DNA of 63,892 nucleotides, the filler included. It is 7 parts of 7 records of this genome, joined end to end, with 100 filler letters (N's around TTAATTAATTAA, not from the genome) between each part and the next. Parts side by side here need not be neighbours in the genome. Positions count along the whole stretch, not along the records: positions 8,276 to 26,961 come from SRR31156797_14252; 6 more parts are not named here. The stretch is one strand, 5' to 3'. The notes under the pieces were generated by a model. It made no database searches. It was not told the origin of the DNA and saw nothing but the letters and a program-made list of their open reading frames with translations. This document shows positions 10,927 to 19,561 of the stretch, piece after piece; position 1 is the stretch's first letter; each line of letters starts with the position of its first letter. The translations under genes and the position numbers were made by a program.

Positions 10927-11091
10927 ATGGAAGAGCTTTGTGAAGATATAAGTAAAAATGACACTTTAGATCAACTATCTCCAGAATGGCATTTTGATAC
11001 TTTAGATAAAAGAGAAAAAAGAGTGCAAAATGGTGAAGCTAAATTGTATAGTTTAGAAGAAGTTAAAGAAGAATACAAAAAATTAAAATAA
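10927..11091 (+). pseudogene. Addiction-module antitoxin component, probably 5' truncated
   Basis: (KLLA)MEELCEDISK..SPEWHFDTLDKREKRVQNGEAK resembles TIGR02574-like antitoxins; stop overlaps the next ATG (TAATG); not in the ORF track. Confidence 0.6.
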
Positions 11092-11255
11092 TGTATATTC
11101 AACTACTTGATGAAGCCAAAAATGACTTATTTAAGGGTAGTAAATTTTATGAATCTCAAAGCCAAAACTTAGGAGATTATTTTTTTGATTCGATCACTTC
11201 AGATATAGAATCTTTGCATATCTATCATGGGATACATGTCAAAGTTTTTTATTAA
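11091..11255 (+). pseudogene. RelE/ParE-family toxin, 3' truncated (54 aa)
   Basis: MYIQLLDEAKNDLFKGSKFYESQSQNLGDYFFDSITSDIESL is a ParE-type N-terminal half; it ends at the stop of the convergent PIN gene. Confidence 0.7.
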
Positions 11256-11730
11256 TTACTTTTCCCACATATTTTTAAAATTTCAGAGTATACATTTTTA
11301 CTTATCCATCGTTTTTTAGAGATCATATCATCAAGAATAGGTTTTACAGAATCTATATAGCCTTTATTTTTTGAAGCTATTATTAAAGAGAGTGTGCGTT
11401 TTACATTTAAGTTTTGAGAAGATGCTATTTTATAACCTATATTTTCATCTATTAAAACAATATCAGAATCTAATTCTTTTGCTAAAACTATAGTTTCTGC
11501 TTCTCCAAGGTCAAGATCTTTTAATAAAATCTCTACAGCTAATCTCTCTTTTACCTCTTTGACAATAAAAAACTCATCATCAATTTCATCAAAACCAAAT
11601 GAATCCTTTGATTTTATTTCATCATAAACTGCTCGTGGAATATAAATATGATCAAAAAGTTTTTTTAATAGATCCATTTGATCAATGAAGCTAAAGAGAT
11701 AATAGGTGTAGTATTAGAAACTACTATCAT
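11252..11730 (-). pseudogene. DUF3368 PIN-domain toxin with a 1-bp frameshift near the 5' end
   Basis: ATG at 11730 gives MIVVSNTTPIISL, but the body (IPRAVYDE, LDLGEAETI, VLIDE) is in another frame; 53 nt separate the two Met codons; could be a sequence error. Confidence 0.75.
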
Positions 11731-11986
11731 CTTTTATTTGTTGTATTGTGTCATTATCAAAATCAAATACAGGGATGTTTTCTTTTTCTAATCTATTTAA
11801 AAATTCTGCTTTATTACACCCTGTAAAAAGTGCAGCTTTTCCCAAGGAAAGTTTCTCTTTTTTATAAAGCATTACAGCTGTATAAAATTTCATATCATCA
11901 GCTAATTGTTCTTTTGTTTCTTTTAAGGATAATAAAATAGAATCATCAATCTCTATTGTTGGTAAAGATACTGTAGCAGTCATCAT
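11714..11986 (-). CDS. UPF0175-family antitoxin
   Basis: AVMLYKKEKLSLGKAA..G...EFL..L motif; overlaps the DUF3368 gene start. Confidence 0.85.
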   Translation of the reverse strand: MMTATVSLPTIEIDDSILLSLKETKEQLADDMKFYTAVMLYKKEKLSLGKAALFTGCNKAEFLNRLEKENIPVFDFDNDTIQQIKDDSSF

Positions 11987-12145
11987 CTTCTCCTATTTGA
12001 TATTTTAATTATACTCTATATTTTAATACTATGAGATACTTTTTTATCTTTTGTAAATAGTATAGCAGATTTAATATAGATACTCTGTTAACAAAATAAG
12101 CATTTTGTTTAATATTTCACAATATATAAAAGACACGAGATAGGA

Positions 12146-13024
12146 TTAAAATCCCCTAAAAACTTTAGGAATAAAAGCATCTTCCCCAACTTCTAGAGCA
12201 TAATCAATTTGATCTATTAAACGTTTCTGATCTTTTGGTAGATTTCCTTCCAAAGCTAAGGCATTACTTGCATGATTTGATCGAAATATGATTTTTGACT
12301 TAGGTTTTAACTTAGATAAAAAAGCTCTTTTCTCTTGTAATATCTCGCTATCTTCTAAATGTTCAAATAAAGCAAAACTAGAATAAAACAGCTCCTTTTG
12401 TGTATCATCGATTCCTAATTGTAATGTGGAGAGATAATTGATATGAACTTGATTGATTAAAGACGCTGTATTATCTATATGATTTTTTGAATACTCTTTT
12501 CCTCCAAGTCCAAGTATTACAGTTGCAGATACTTTTATATTTGCTTCATATGTCATCTCTAAAGATTTAATAATATCATACGAGTTTACACCTTTATTAA
12601 TTTTTTTTAATAGCTCATCATCCCCTGTTTCAATCCCATAATAAAAAAGGTTCAGACCATGCTCTTTTAATACTCTAAGCTCCTCTACTGATTTACTTAA
12701 AATATTTTGTGTACTGGCATAAGTGGAGACTCTTCTTATTTTTGGAAAAGCTTTTTTGATATAGGTTAAAATCTCTAAGAGATACTCTGTTTTTAAAGTA
12801 AGTGCATCCCCATCAGCTAAAAATATTTTTATTGTATGAGGATAATATGATGCTGCTAAATCGATCTCTTTAAATATCTCTTCTAAAGGCTTTATAGAAA
12901 ACTTTTTTGTTTTATACATGCTACAAAAATTACAGTTATTGTAGCTACATCCTTGGGTAACTTGTAAAATAAGATTATTTGCTTCAGCTGGTGGGCGATA
13001 TAAAGGATAAGAATATTGAAGCAT
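12146..13024 (-). CDS. Radical SAM protein
   Basis: YRPPAE, GCSYNNCNFC, FLADGDAL, YGIETG, FRSNHASN. Confidence 0.88.
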   Translation of the reverse strand: MLQYSYPLYRPPAEANNLILQVTQGCSYNNCNFCSMYKTKKFSIKPLEEIFKEIDLAASYYPHTIKIFLADGDALTLKTEYLLEILTYIKKAFPKIRRVSTYASTQNILSKSVEELRVLKEHGLNLFYYGIETGDDELLKKINKGVNSYDIIKSLEMTYEANIKVSATVILGLGGKEYSKNHIDNTASLINQVHINYLSTLQLGIDDTQKELFYSSFALFEHLEDSEILQEKRAFLSKLKPKSKIIFRSNHASNALALEGNLPKDQKRLIDQIDYALEVGEDAFIPKVFRGF

Positions 13025-14286
13025 TACAACTCCGATCCACTTTTAATAATATCCACTCCAAACTTATCTCTTAGTTTTTGCATAGAGTTTGAGAGATTTG
13101 ATAATTTACTATCTTGTTCTTGATTAAATAGATCAAATGTCTTTTGAGAGTTCTCTTGAAAACTTCCAAGGCTAAGACTTAGTTGAGATATAGCATGGCT
13201 TGGGTGAGTATCTACTTTAGGGAATAAATTTATGATCTCATTTTTAAAGTTTTGTTCTGAAAATTCTCTATTGGTATTGATTGTATCATTACTCGTTGCA
13301 CCATATTGATATTTTATTTTTAATCCAAAGGATGTGGGCTTTCGTTTCTCTTTATGGGCAATAAATGAAAGATGTCTACAAAGGATAATAAGTCTTCTTT
13401 TGATCTCTTCTCTATCCATCTCAGGATCAAAGCTTCTTCCAATACCTAGAGACTTTTTATCCTCTCTTGCGCTTATCTTTTCACTATCTAAGCCATTTAC
13501 TCTCTCATAAATTTGTTGTCCAACTTTTCCATGAGAATAAAAAAGCTCCTTATAGTTTTTTATATCTCCAAGTGTATTAATACCATATCCACTTATTTTT
13601 TCTAAAAATGCTTTTCCAATTCCAGGGAAAGATTTTAAAGGTTTATTTTTTATATACTCTTGCACTTTATCAGGAGTTACCATATATACACCATGTGGTT
13701 TAGCATCATTTGTAGCTAATTTTGCGATCCATTTTGTTTTAGCTATTCCAATAGAGATTGGAAGTTTTAACTCCTCAGCAATTTTATCTTTTAGATCTAA
13801 CGCAAACTGATAAACATCTTTATCATCAATCCAACCTGTTACATCTCCAAAAAACTCATCAATAGAAAATTGCTCAATCGATGGTATCTCTTTTTCAAGT
13901 AATAGTTTTAGTTTATGTGAGAGTTGATGGTATAAAGGATAGTTTGGTTTTATCATCTTTAGAGTTGGACATATTTTTAAAGCCCCAGATACACTCATAG
14001 CTGTTTTTACTCCAAGAGCTCTTGCTTCGTAACTTGAAGTGGTAATAATCCCTCTAGGAATCCCATTTTTATCTAAAAAATAATCCTCTTCACTTACATC
14101 ATCCACACTAATTAATGAACTAGCAAAGGCACCGTTTACATTACTATATGTTTTAGTTTGTTTTTTAGAATCAAATATATTAAGATTACTTCTTCCACCT
14201 ACTGCTATTGGAATACCATCTAGTGATGGGTCATCAATTCTATGAGCAGCTGCAAAAAAACAATCTAAGTCCATGTGTAATATCAT
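13024..14286 (-). CDS. dinB: Y-family DNA polymerase IV
   Basis: ILHMDLDCFFA, SYEAR..GV, SIDEFF, AKLA..AKPHG. Confidence 0.92.
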   Translation of the reverse strand: MILHMDLDCFFAAAHRIDDPSLDGIPIAVGGRSNLNIFDSKKQTKTYSNVNGAFASSLISVDDVSEEDYFLDKNGIPRGIITTSSYEARALGVKTAMSVSGALKICPTLKMIKPNYPLYHQLSHKLKLLLEKEIPSIEQFSIDEFFGDVTGWIDDKDVYQFALDLKDKIAEELKLPISIGIAKTKWIAKLATNDAKPHGVYMVTPDKVQEYIKNKPLKSFPGIGKAFLEKISGYGINTLGDIKNYKELFYSHGKVGQQIYERVNGLDSEKISAREDKKSLGIGRSFDPEMDREEIKRRLIILCRHLSFIAHKEKRKPTSFGLKIKYQYGATSNDTINTNREFSEQNFKNEIINLFPKVDTHPSHAISQLSLSLGSFQENSQKTFDLFNQEQDSKLSNLSNSMQKLRDKFGVDIIKSGSEL

Positions 14287-14366
14287 AGTTGTATTATAGC
14301 TAATCTAAATAATTTGGAAGCTTTTTTATGATATTCCTCAATGCCATATATTGTGGACTAATACAT

Positions 14367-14421
14367 CTACTTGAAATAAAATACCATATTGTGTATAATT
14401 ACACAAAGGACAAACAAGTGC
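14367..14421 (+). promoter_or_regulatory. Sigma70 promoter + palindromic operator + SD of the DUF4160/DUF2442 module (copy A of a 55-bp repeat)
   Basis: TTGAAA 14371-14376, 17-bp spacer, TATAAT 14394-14399; TGTGTA-N4-TACACA 14390-14405; AAGGA then GTG at 14418. Confidence 0.8.
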
Positions 14422-14651
14422 CAACAGTATTAAGAATAGATGGATTTAGATTCTTTTTTTTTAGTAATGAACATACACCAGAACACATTCATATAGAAAA
14501 AGGTGATATGTATGTTAGAGTAGAATTAGAAACTTTAAAAATAACTGATAGTCATAATCTTAACTCAAAAGATTTAAAAAAACTGGTTGAACTTGTCAAA
14601 CGTAATAAAGATAAACTCAAAAAGGAATGGGATGAGTATTTTACAAAATAA
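14418..14651 (+). CDS. DUF4160-family protein (DhiT-like toxin component)
   Basis: MPTVLRIDGFRFFFFSNEHTPEHIHIEKG; start moved to GTG 14418 because of the SD. Confidence 0.85.
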   Translation: MPTVLRIDGFRFFFFSNEHTPEHIHIEKGDMYVRVELETLKITDSHNLNSKDLKKLVELVKRNKDKLKKEWDEYFTK

Positions 14652-15000
14652 AGCATTGATAACTTCTGTAGGTTTTGGAGAAAATAAAATGTATATTGAA
14701 CTGAACACTTCTAGAGTTTTAACAGTTCCATATACCTATACTAAAAGATTACAAAATGCCAAACTAGAAGAGTTAAAAAACTATAGACTTATTGCTGGTG
14801 GTGTTGGGATACATTTTGAAGATATTGATGAGGATATATCAGTTGAGGGTATTATTAGAGACTTTGGAAATGAATCTAAAAGGATCAATATTTCAGTACA
14901 AGCTAATCTTTTAGATCAAATTGATCAATATGCTAAAGAACACCACATGAGCCGATCAGCTCTTATACAAAAAGCAACTTCAAAATATATAGCTAGTTGA
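14632..15000 (+). CDS. DUF2442 antitoxin fused to a C-terminal ribbon-helix-helix domain
   Basis: RLQNA..EL.NY.LI.GG.GIHFEDIDEDISVEG (DUF2442), then KRINISVQANLLDQIDQYAKEHHMSRSALIQKA (RHH); start ATG 14632. Confidence 0.8.
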   Translation: MSILQNKALITSVGFGENKMYIELNTSRVLTVPYTYTKRLQNAKLEELKNYRLIAGGVGIHFEDIDEDISVEGIIRDFGNESKRINISVQANLLDQIDQYAKEHHMSRSALIQKATSKYIAS

Positions 15001-15061
15001 TAGAATAAGTTAAAAAGAAGCAACTTAACAGTATATCAGGATCTACCAAAAGGGATAAGGG

Positions 15062-15265
15062 TTGTTGAAACATAAAAAAACAGCTTTTATCATAGTAGGT
15101 CCTAATGGTTCTGGTAAAACTACATTTTCCATCTCACTTATTAAAAATACAAATATCCTTACAAGTATGCATCTCAATGCAGATATAATACTTAAAGCCC
15201 ATGAAAACTCAATTGATCTTGTTAAAATGGATATAGATGATTTATTGATGAAATTAGAGGATTAA
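15062..15265 (+). pseudogene. Truncated zeta-toxin-like P-loop NTPase
   Basis: IIVGPNGSGKTT and LNADII, then ends at 67 aa. Confidence 0.6.
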
Positions 15266-15290
15266 AAGGCAATATGAAATAATTGAGATT

Positions 15291-17711
15291 CTAGTTACTA
15301 TTTATAATAATAGTAAATTTAGCACCATACAACTCTTTATCATCAATTATAAACTTGTCATTTATTACTTCAATAGTTCCTCCCATCCCTTCATTGATAA
15401 GTCTATATGTCATATTCAATCCAAGTCCTGTACCAATAGATTGATGTTTGGTTGTAAAATATGGTTCAAATACTTTATCCATAATATTTTTTGGAATACC
15501 ACCACCGTTATCATAAAAGATCAAATGTAACTTATCTTCAATTTTCATTACTTTAATAAGAATATATTTATCTTCTACTTTTCTTTCTTCAAAAACATCT
15601 TTAGAGTTATTTAGTAAATTAATTAAACACTGATTAAGCTCATTTTGTAATCCAGTAAGATTGAAATTTTCATGAATATCAACAACAAGTTTGATTTCAT
15701 TTGTTTTTATAATACTATCTGTTAAATTTAAAAATGTATTGATCAACTCCTCTATAGTAAAATCTTGTTTTTCACTGTTTCCTTTAATAAAATTTCTAAA
15801 GTCATCAATCGTTTTTGAGAGATACTGAGCATTTTCATTTATAGTATCACATAGATCAAAAAATGCTTTATCTGTTAAAACATCGTGTTCTTTTTGAAGT
15901 TTTAACCCTGTAGCCCCTGTTGATATAACAGACAAAGGCTGTCTCCATTGATGAGCGATATTTCCTATCATTTCACCTAAAGATGCCATTTTCGTCTGTT
16001 TTCTTATAAGTATCTCTTGTTCGTGTTGCATTGTAATATCTTGGATCGTTCCTAATATGATAGGCTTATCTACATTGTTGGTCTTTGTTGTTTTACCCTC
16101 TTCTTGTACCCATTTTATTGTGCCATTATTTAATAGTACCCTATGTTTTATTGAATAATGGCTTTTATTTTTAATTGAATCTTCATAAATACTTTTTACC
16201 TTCTCTCTATCATTTGGGTGAATCAGATCTAAAAATAGTTCATATGAAATTTCTCTCAACTCTTTATCTAATCCAAAAATCTCAAAGAGCTCATCGGAGC
16301 ATACAAATTTATCACTATTAAGATCATAAGACCATGATCCAAGCTTTGCAATTTTATATGCTTCTTTTTTTAAAGCTTCAGCTTGGTATTTATCTGTCAC
16401 ATCTCTAGTAAATGTGACCATACGATATGTATCACCTTCTAAAATATAATTGGCACTTGTTTCAACAGGGTATGTAGTACCATCTTTTCTTTTTAGAGTT
16501 TCTACTGATTCAACATTACCATTTTCTTTTAATCTATTTACATACTCTTCCCATATGTATGATACTTCTGTCGGGCTACTTTGTCTAAAAAAGTTTATTT
16601 GTTGACCAATGATTTCCTTTTTTTGAAACCCTAGTAACTTACACGCTTTTTCATTGATATTAATAAGCTTTCCACTTTCTAGTTCAAAAACAAATATTCC
16701 CTCACTTGAATCTTCAAATATATTTTTATAAAACAACAAATCTTTTGTTTGTTCTTCAATCTTCTCTTTCAATTCTTGTGTAAAACCTTGAATTCTTTGA
16801 CTCATTGAATTAAATGCATCTAATGTTGATTTTGTTTCATCATCATATTTGATTTCTATTGGAGTAAAATCACCATCAATAAGTCTTGAAGATGCTTTTT
16901 CTAAACGATCAAACGGTTCTACAAGTAGTTTAACAATATACTGAGATATAAAAAACAATACAATTATTAATATTACTAGAAGTATAAAAATTTGTTTCAA
17001 AATACTATATGTTGCCTCGGTAATATGATCTTGAGTGATTAATGTACGAATAGATATATCATTTATCTCCAACTTATTTGAGATAACATAAGAATGGTTA
17101 TTGATAATAATAGTATTCTCTACTATACTATTTGTATCTATATCATATGAGTTTGTATTTTGTGAATTGATCAATAGTTTTTTATCATCACTAAAACAGT
17201 AAACCTTGGTATTTGCATCTAAATTATGTTTTTTCATATGATCTTGAATCATTAATATTAGGTCTAATTCAATCTTGACTTTAGCCTCAGGTATATTTAA
17301 ACTTTTTTCTAGATTTATTACAAACTCACCACTTGATTTATTTTTTGAAGAAACATTAAATAAAGTATTGTTTTTAGTATAAAAACTTATTTTATTGATA
17401 TAGGGATGTGCTTTAAAGATATTATCTGTTTTATTTATAAATTGTTTTTGTGCAAGTTGAGAGATCCAAGGTGAAAGATCATATAAAAGCTGCACATCAC
17501 CGTATTGTTCAATATTTATAAGAAAGCTTTTATTATTTTTTAAAATATTCTCTATATCATATGCAATATATTTATTCAACTGCTCAACTTGCTTCTTTTC
17601 AGAATTTTTAGAAATATTGACAAATTTATAATAACTAAACAATGAAATTAAAGTAAATAAGAAAATAAATATTATAAAAATACTGTAGAAGACTTTTTGT
17701 TTTATAAGCAT
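15291..17711 (-). CDS. HAMP/PAS-PAS sensor histidine kinase
   Basis: Two TM segments, HAMP, two PAS/PAC (KRKDGTTYPVE, IHPNDRE), EMIGNIAHQWRQPL, DNGGGI, GTGLGL. Confidence 0.93.
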   Translation of the reverse strand: MLIKQKVFYSIFIIFIFLFTLISLFSYYKFVNISKNSEKKQVEQLNKYIAYDIENILKNNKSFLINIEQYGDVQLLYDLSPWISQLAQKQFINKTDNIFKAHPYINKISFYTKNNTLFNVSSKNKSSGEFVINLEKSLNIPEAKVKIELDLILMIQDHMKKHNLDANTKVYCFSDDKKLLINSQNTNSYDIDTNSIVENTIIINNHSYVISNKLEINDISIRTLITQDHITEATYSILKQIFILLVILIIVLFFISQYIVKLLVEPFDRLEKASSRLIDGDFTPIEIKYDDETKSTLDAFNSMSQRIQGFTQELKEKIEEQTKDLLFYKNIFEDSSEGIFVFELESGKLININEKACKLLGFQKKEIIGQQINFFRQSSPTEVSYIWEEYVNRLKENGNVESVETLKRKDGTTYPVETSANYILEGDTYRMVTFTRDVTDKYQAEALKKEAYKIAKLGSWSYDLNSDKFVCSDELFEIFGLDKELREISYELFLDLIHPNDREKVKSIYEDSIKNKSHYSIKHRVLLNNGTIKWVQEEGKTTKTNNVDKPIILGTIQDITMQHEQEILIRKQTKMASLGEMIGNIAHQWRQPLSVISTGATGLKLQKEHDVLTDKAFFDLCDTINENAQYLSKTIDDFRNFIKGNSEKQDFTIEELINTFLNLTDSIIKTNEIKLVVDIHENFNLTGLQNELNQCLINLLNNSKDVFEERKVEDKYILIKVMKIEDKLHLIFYDNGGGIPKNIMDKVFEPYFTTKHQSIGTGLGLNMTYRLINEGMGGTIEVINDKFIIDDKELYGAKFTIIINSN

Positions 17712-17718
17712 TTTTGAA

Positions 17719-18663
17719 CTACTTGATCATACTGATTAAATCCATATACTCTTGAAGATTCAGGCCAATGTATTTTTTAAGTCTTTTTGAGAAATTACCG
17801 TTTTCTCTATCTAATTTTATAAACTTTTCTATCTCTTTATTTAACTTTGGAGTATTTTTCGAACTTCCCCAAGATAACTTGGTTTTTTCAGCCTGAGCAG
17901 GGAAATATGGTCTTAAAGTATCTTTATATTTATGATCATTAAATATAACTGCAATTACTGAAATTCCATCATTGATACCAACATCTGCATAATCTTTTAC
18001 AATATGATAATAAGAAAGTTTAGAGTTGCTTCTTTGCCCTTTTGGAAACATATATAAATTGACCTTATCTTTAGAAACTTGATACCCTTTAGGAATAGCA
18101 ACACTCCCTTCCACCTCTTTAACATATGTAATAGTATAAGGGATATTTTGTTTTTCAAGTTCTGTTTTCAGTATCTTTGGAAAACTCATATGTTCATAAG
18201 TAAGTACCCTTTGACCTACAAGGTCTTGATACGAAGTTATATTTTTTCCATGCTTTCCATATAATATTTCAACATTCTCTATAAAAGGTGACATATGTAT
18301 CAATGCTTCTCTTTGAGGAGTAACTGTAAAAATATCTGCAGCAAGATCCACTTTATCATAAATATTCTCATTTTGATTCCAATAATCAGAAAAACTTGAT
18401 ACTAATGTTAGCTCTAATTGTAAGCCATGAAGATCTGCAAAATCTTTTACCATTTCATATGTAAAACCAGAATGAGTTTTACTTGTTGTATTATATAAAA
18501 CTTTATTACTAGTCGTTCTTGTGGCAACTTTTAAAACACCTGATTTTTTTATTTCACTCCATTCTCTCGCTTCAAGATCACTTATAAATACACTGCTTAA
18601 CAATAAAATACTCAACAAACCTTTCGATATTTTTGTATAATTTAGTAAAAATAAATGTTTCAT
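17719..18663 (-). CDS. Family-3 periplasmic binding protein (MltF N-terminal-like)
   Basis: Signal peptide, EIKKSGVLKVAT, GFTYEMVKDFA, VDLAA..TVTPQR; 7 bp upstream of the kinase. Confidence 0.75.
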   Translation of the reverse strand: MKHLFLLNYTKISKGLLSILLLSSVFISDLEAREWSEIKKSGVLKVATRTTSNKVLYNTTSKTHSGFTYEMVKDFADLHGLQLELTLVSSFSDYWNQNENIYDKVDLAADIFTVTPQREALIHMSPFIENVEILYGKHGKNITSYQDLVGQRVLTYEHMSFPKILKTELEKQNIPYTITYVKEVEGSVAIPKGYQVSKDKVNLYMFPKGQRSNSKLSYYHIVKDYADVGINDGISVIAVIFNDHKYKDTLRPYFPAQAEKTKLSWGSSKNTPKLNKEIEKFIKLDRENGNFSKRLKKYIGLNLQEYMDLISMIK

Positions 18664-18816
18664 ATTGCTTTAATCCTATTATAATAAATGTTTTTAATAT
18701 AGCCTAATATAAGTTTGTATTATCCAAAATATACTATAAAAATTAATTATAACTGATATCCATTAAGAACACAATTAAAAAAACTAAGCTGGAATGCCCT
18801 ATAACTATTAAATATA

Positions 18817-18871
18817 CTACTTGAAATAAAATATCATATTATGTACAATTACATAAAGGACACACAAGTGC
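18817..18871 (+). repeat. Copy B of the 55-bp promoter/operator/SD repeat
   Basis: 50/55 identical to 14367-14421; TTGAAA-N17-TACAAT, palindrome TATGTA-N4-TACATA, AAGGA, GTG. Confidence 0.85.
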
Positions 18872-18905
18872 ACATAATATCTAGAATAAATAAAAGCCTA
18901 CAAAA

Positions 18906-19358
18906 ATGAAACTATACATAGACGGTGATGCTTTACCAAATCTTTTAAAGCCCATACTCTTACGCGCAATTCAAAAAAACAGTATAGAGACCTATGTAGT
19001 TTCTAACAAAAAAATATCTCTTGGAGATGATAAAGGTATCAATTATATCATTGTAGAAGCGGGTGCTGATGAGGCTGATAATAAAATAGTGGAGATGTTA
19101 GATCCAAATGATTTGGTTATTACAGCGGATATTCCATTAGCCGATAGAACTATCTCAAAAGATGCTCATGCGATTGATCATAGGGGTGAGACATATACTG
19201 TTGATAATATCAAACAATATTTAGCTATAAGAGATTTGATGGAAAGTATCAGAGAATCTGGAGAAGTTACCAAAGGACCTAGTCCTTTTACAACAAAAGA
19301 TGGTGGAAATTTTGCAAATGCACTCAACAATTTTTTGCAAAAACATAATAAAGGATAA
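18906..19358 (+). CDS. YaiI/YqxD (UPF0178) family protein
   Basis: LYIDGDA, GADEAD..I, DLVITADIPLA. Confidence 0.88.
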   Translation: MKLYIDGDALPNLLKPILLRAIQKNSIETYVVSNKKISLGDDKGINYIIVEAGADEADNKIVEMLDPNDLVITADIPLADRTISKDAHAIDHRGETYTVDNIKQYLAIRDLMESIRESGEVTKGPSPFTTKDGGNFANALNNFLQKHNKG

Positions 19359-19362
19359 AAAT

Positions 19363-19554
19363 ATGGATGGACAAAAACGAATAAATATAAAACCAGGACT
19401 TAATGTAAATATTGTTTTAAAACAAGACCAACGGAGTGGGAAACTTACACAAGGTATTGTAAAAAATATACTTACAAACTCACCAACTCATCCACATGGT
19501 ATCAAAGTAAGACTAACAAGTGGAGCAGTAGGAAGAGTCAAAGAGATTTTATAA
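19363..19554 (+). CDS. YwbE (DUF2196) family protein
   Basis: IVLKQDQRSGKLTQG.V..ILTNSPTHPHGIKVRL..G.VGRV; start ATG 19363 after AAGGA. Confidence 0.88.
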   Translation: MDGQKRINIKPGLNVNIVLKQDQRSGKLTQGIVKNILTNSPTHPHGIKVRLTSGAVGRVKEIL

Positions 19555-19561
19555 CTACCTA

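Noticed and set aside
12146-13024. CX4CX2C spacing in the radical SAM protein
   Set aside because: As far as I recall this spacing is normal for the YRPP-type subfamily, so it is not claimed as novel.
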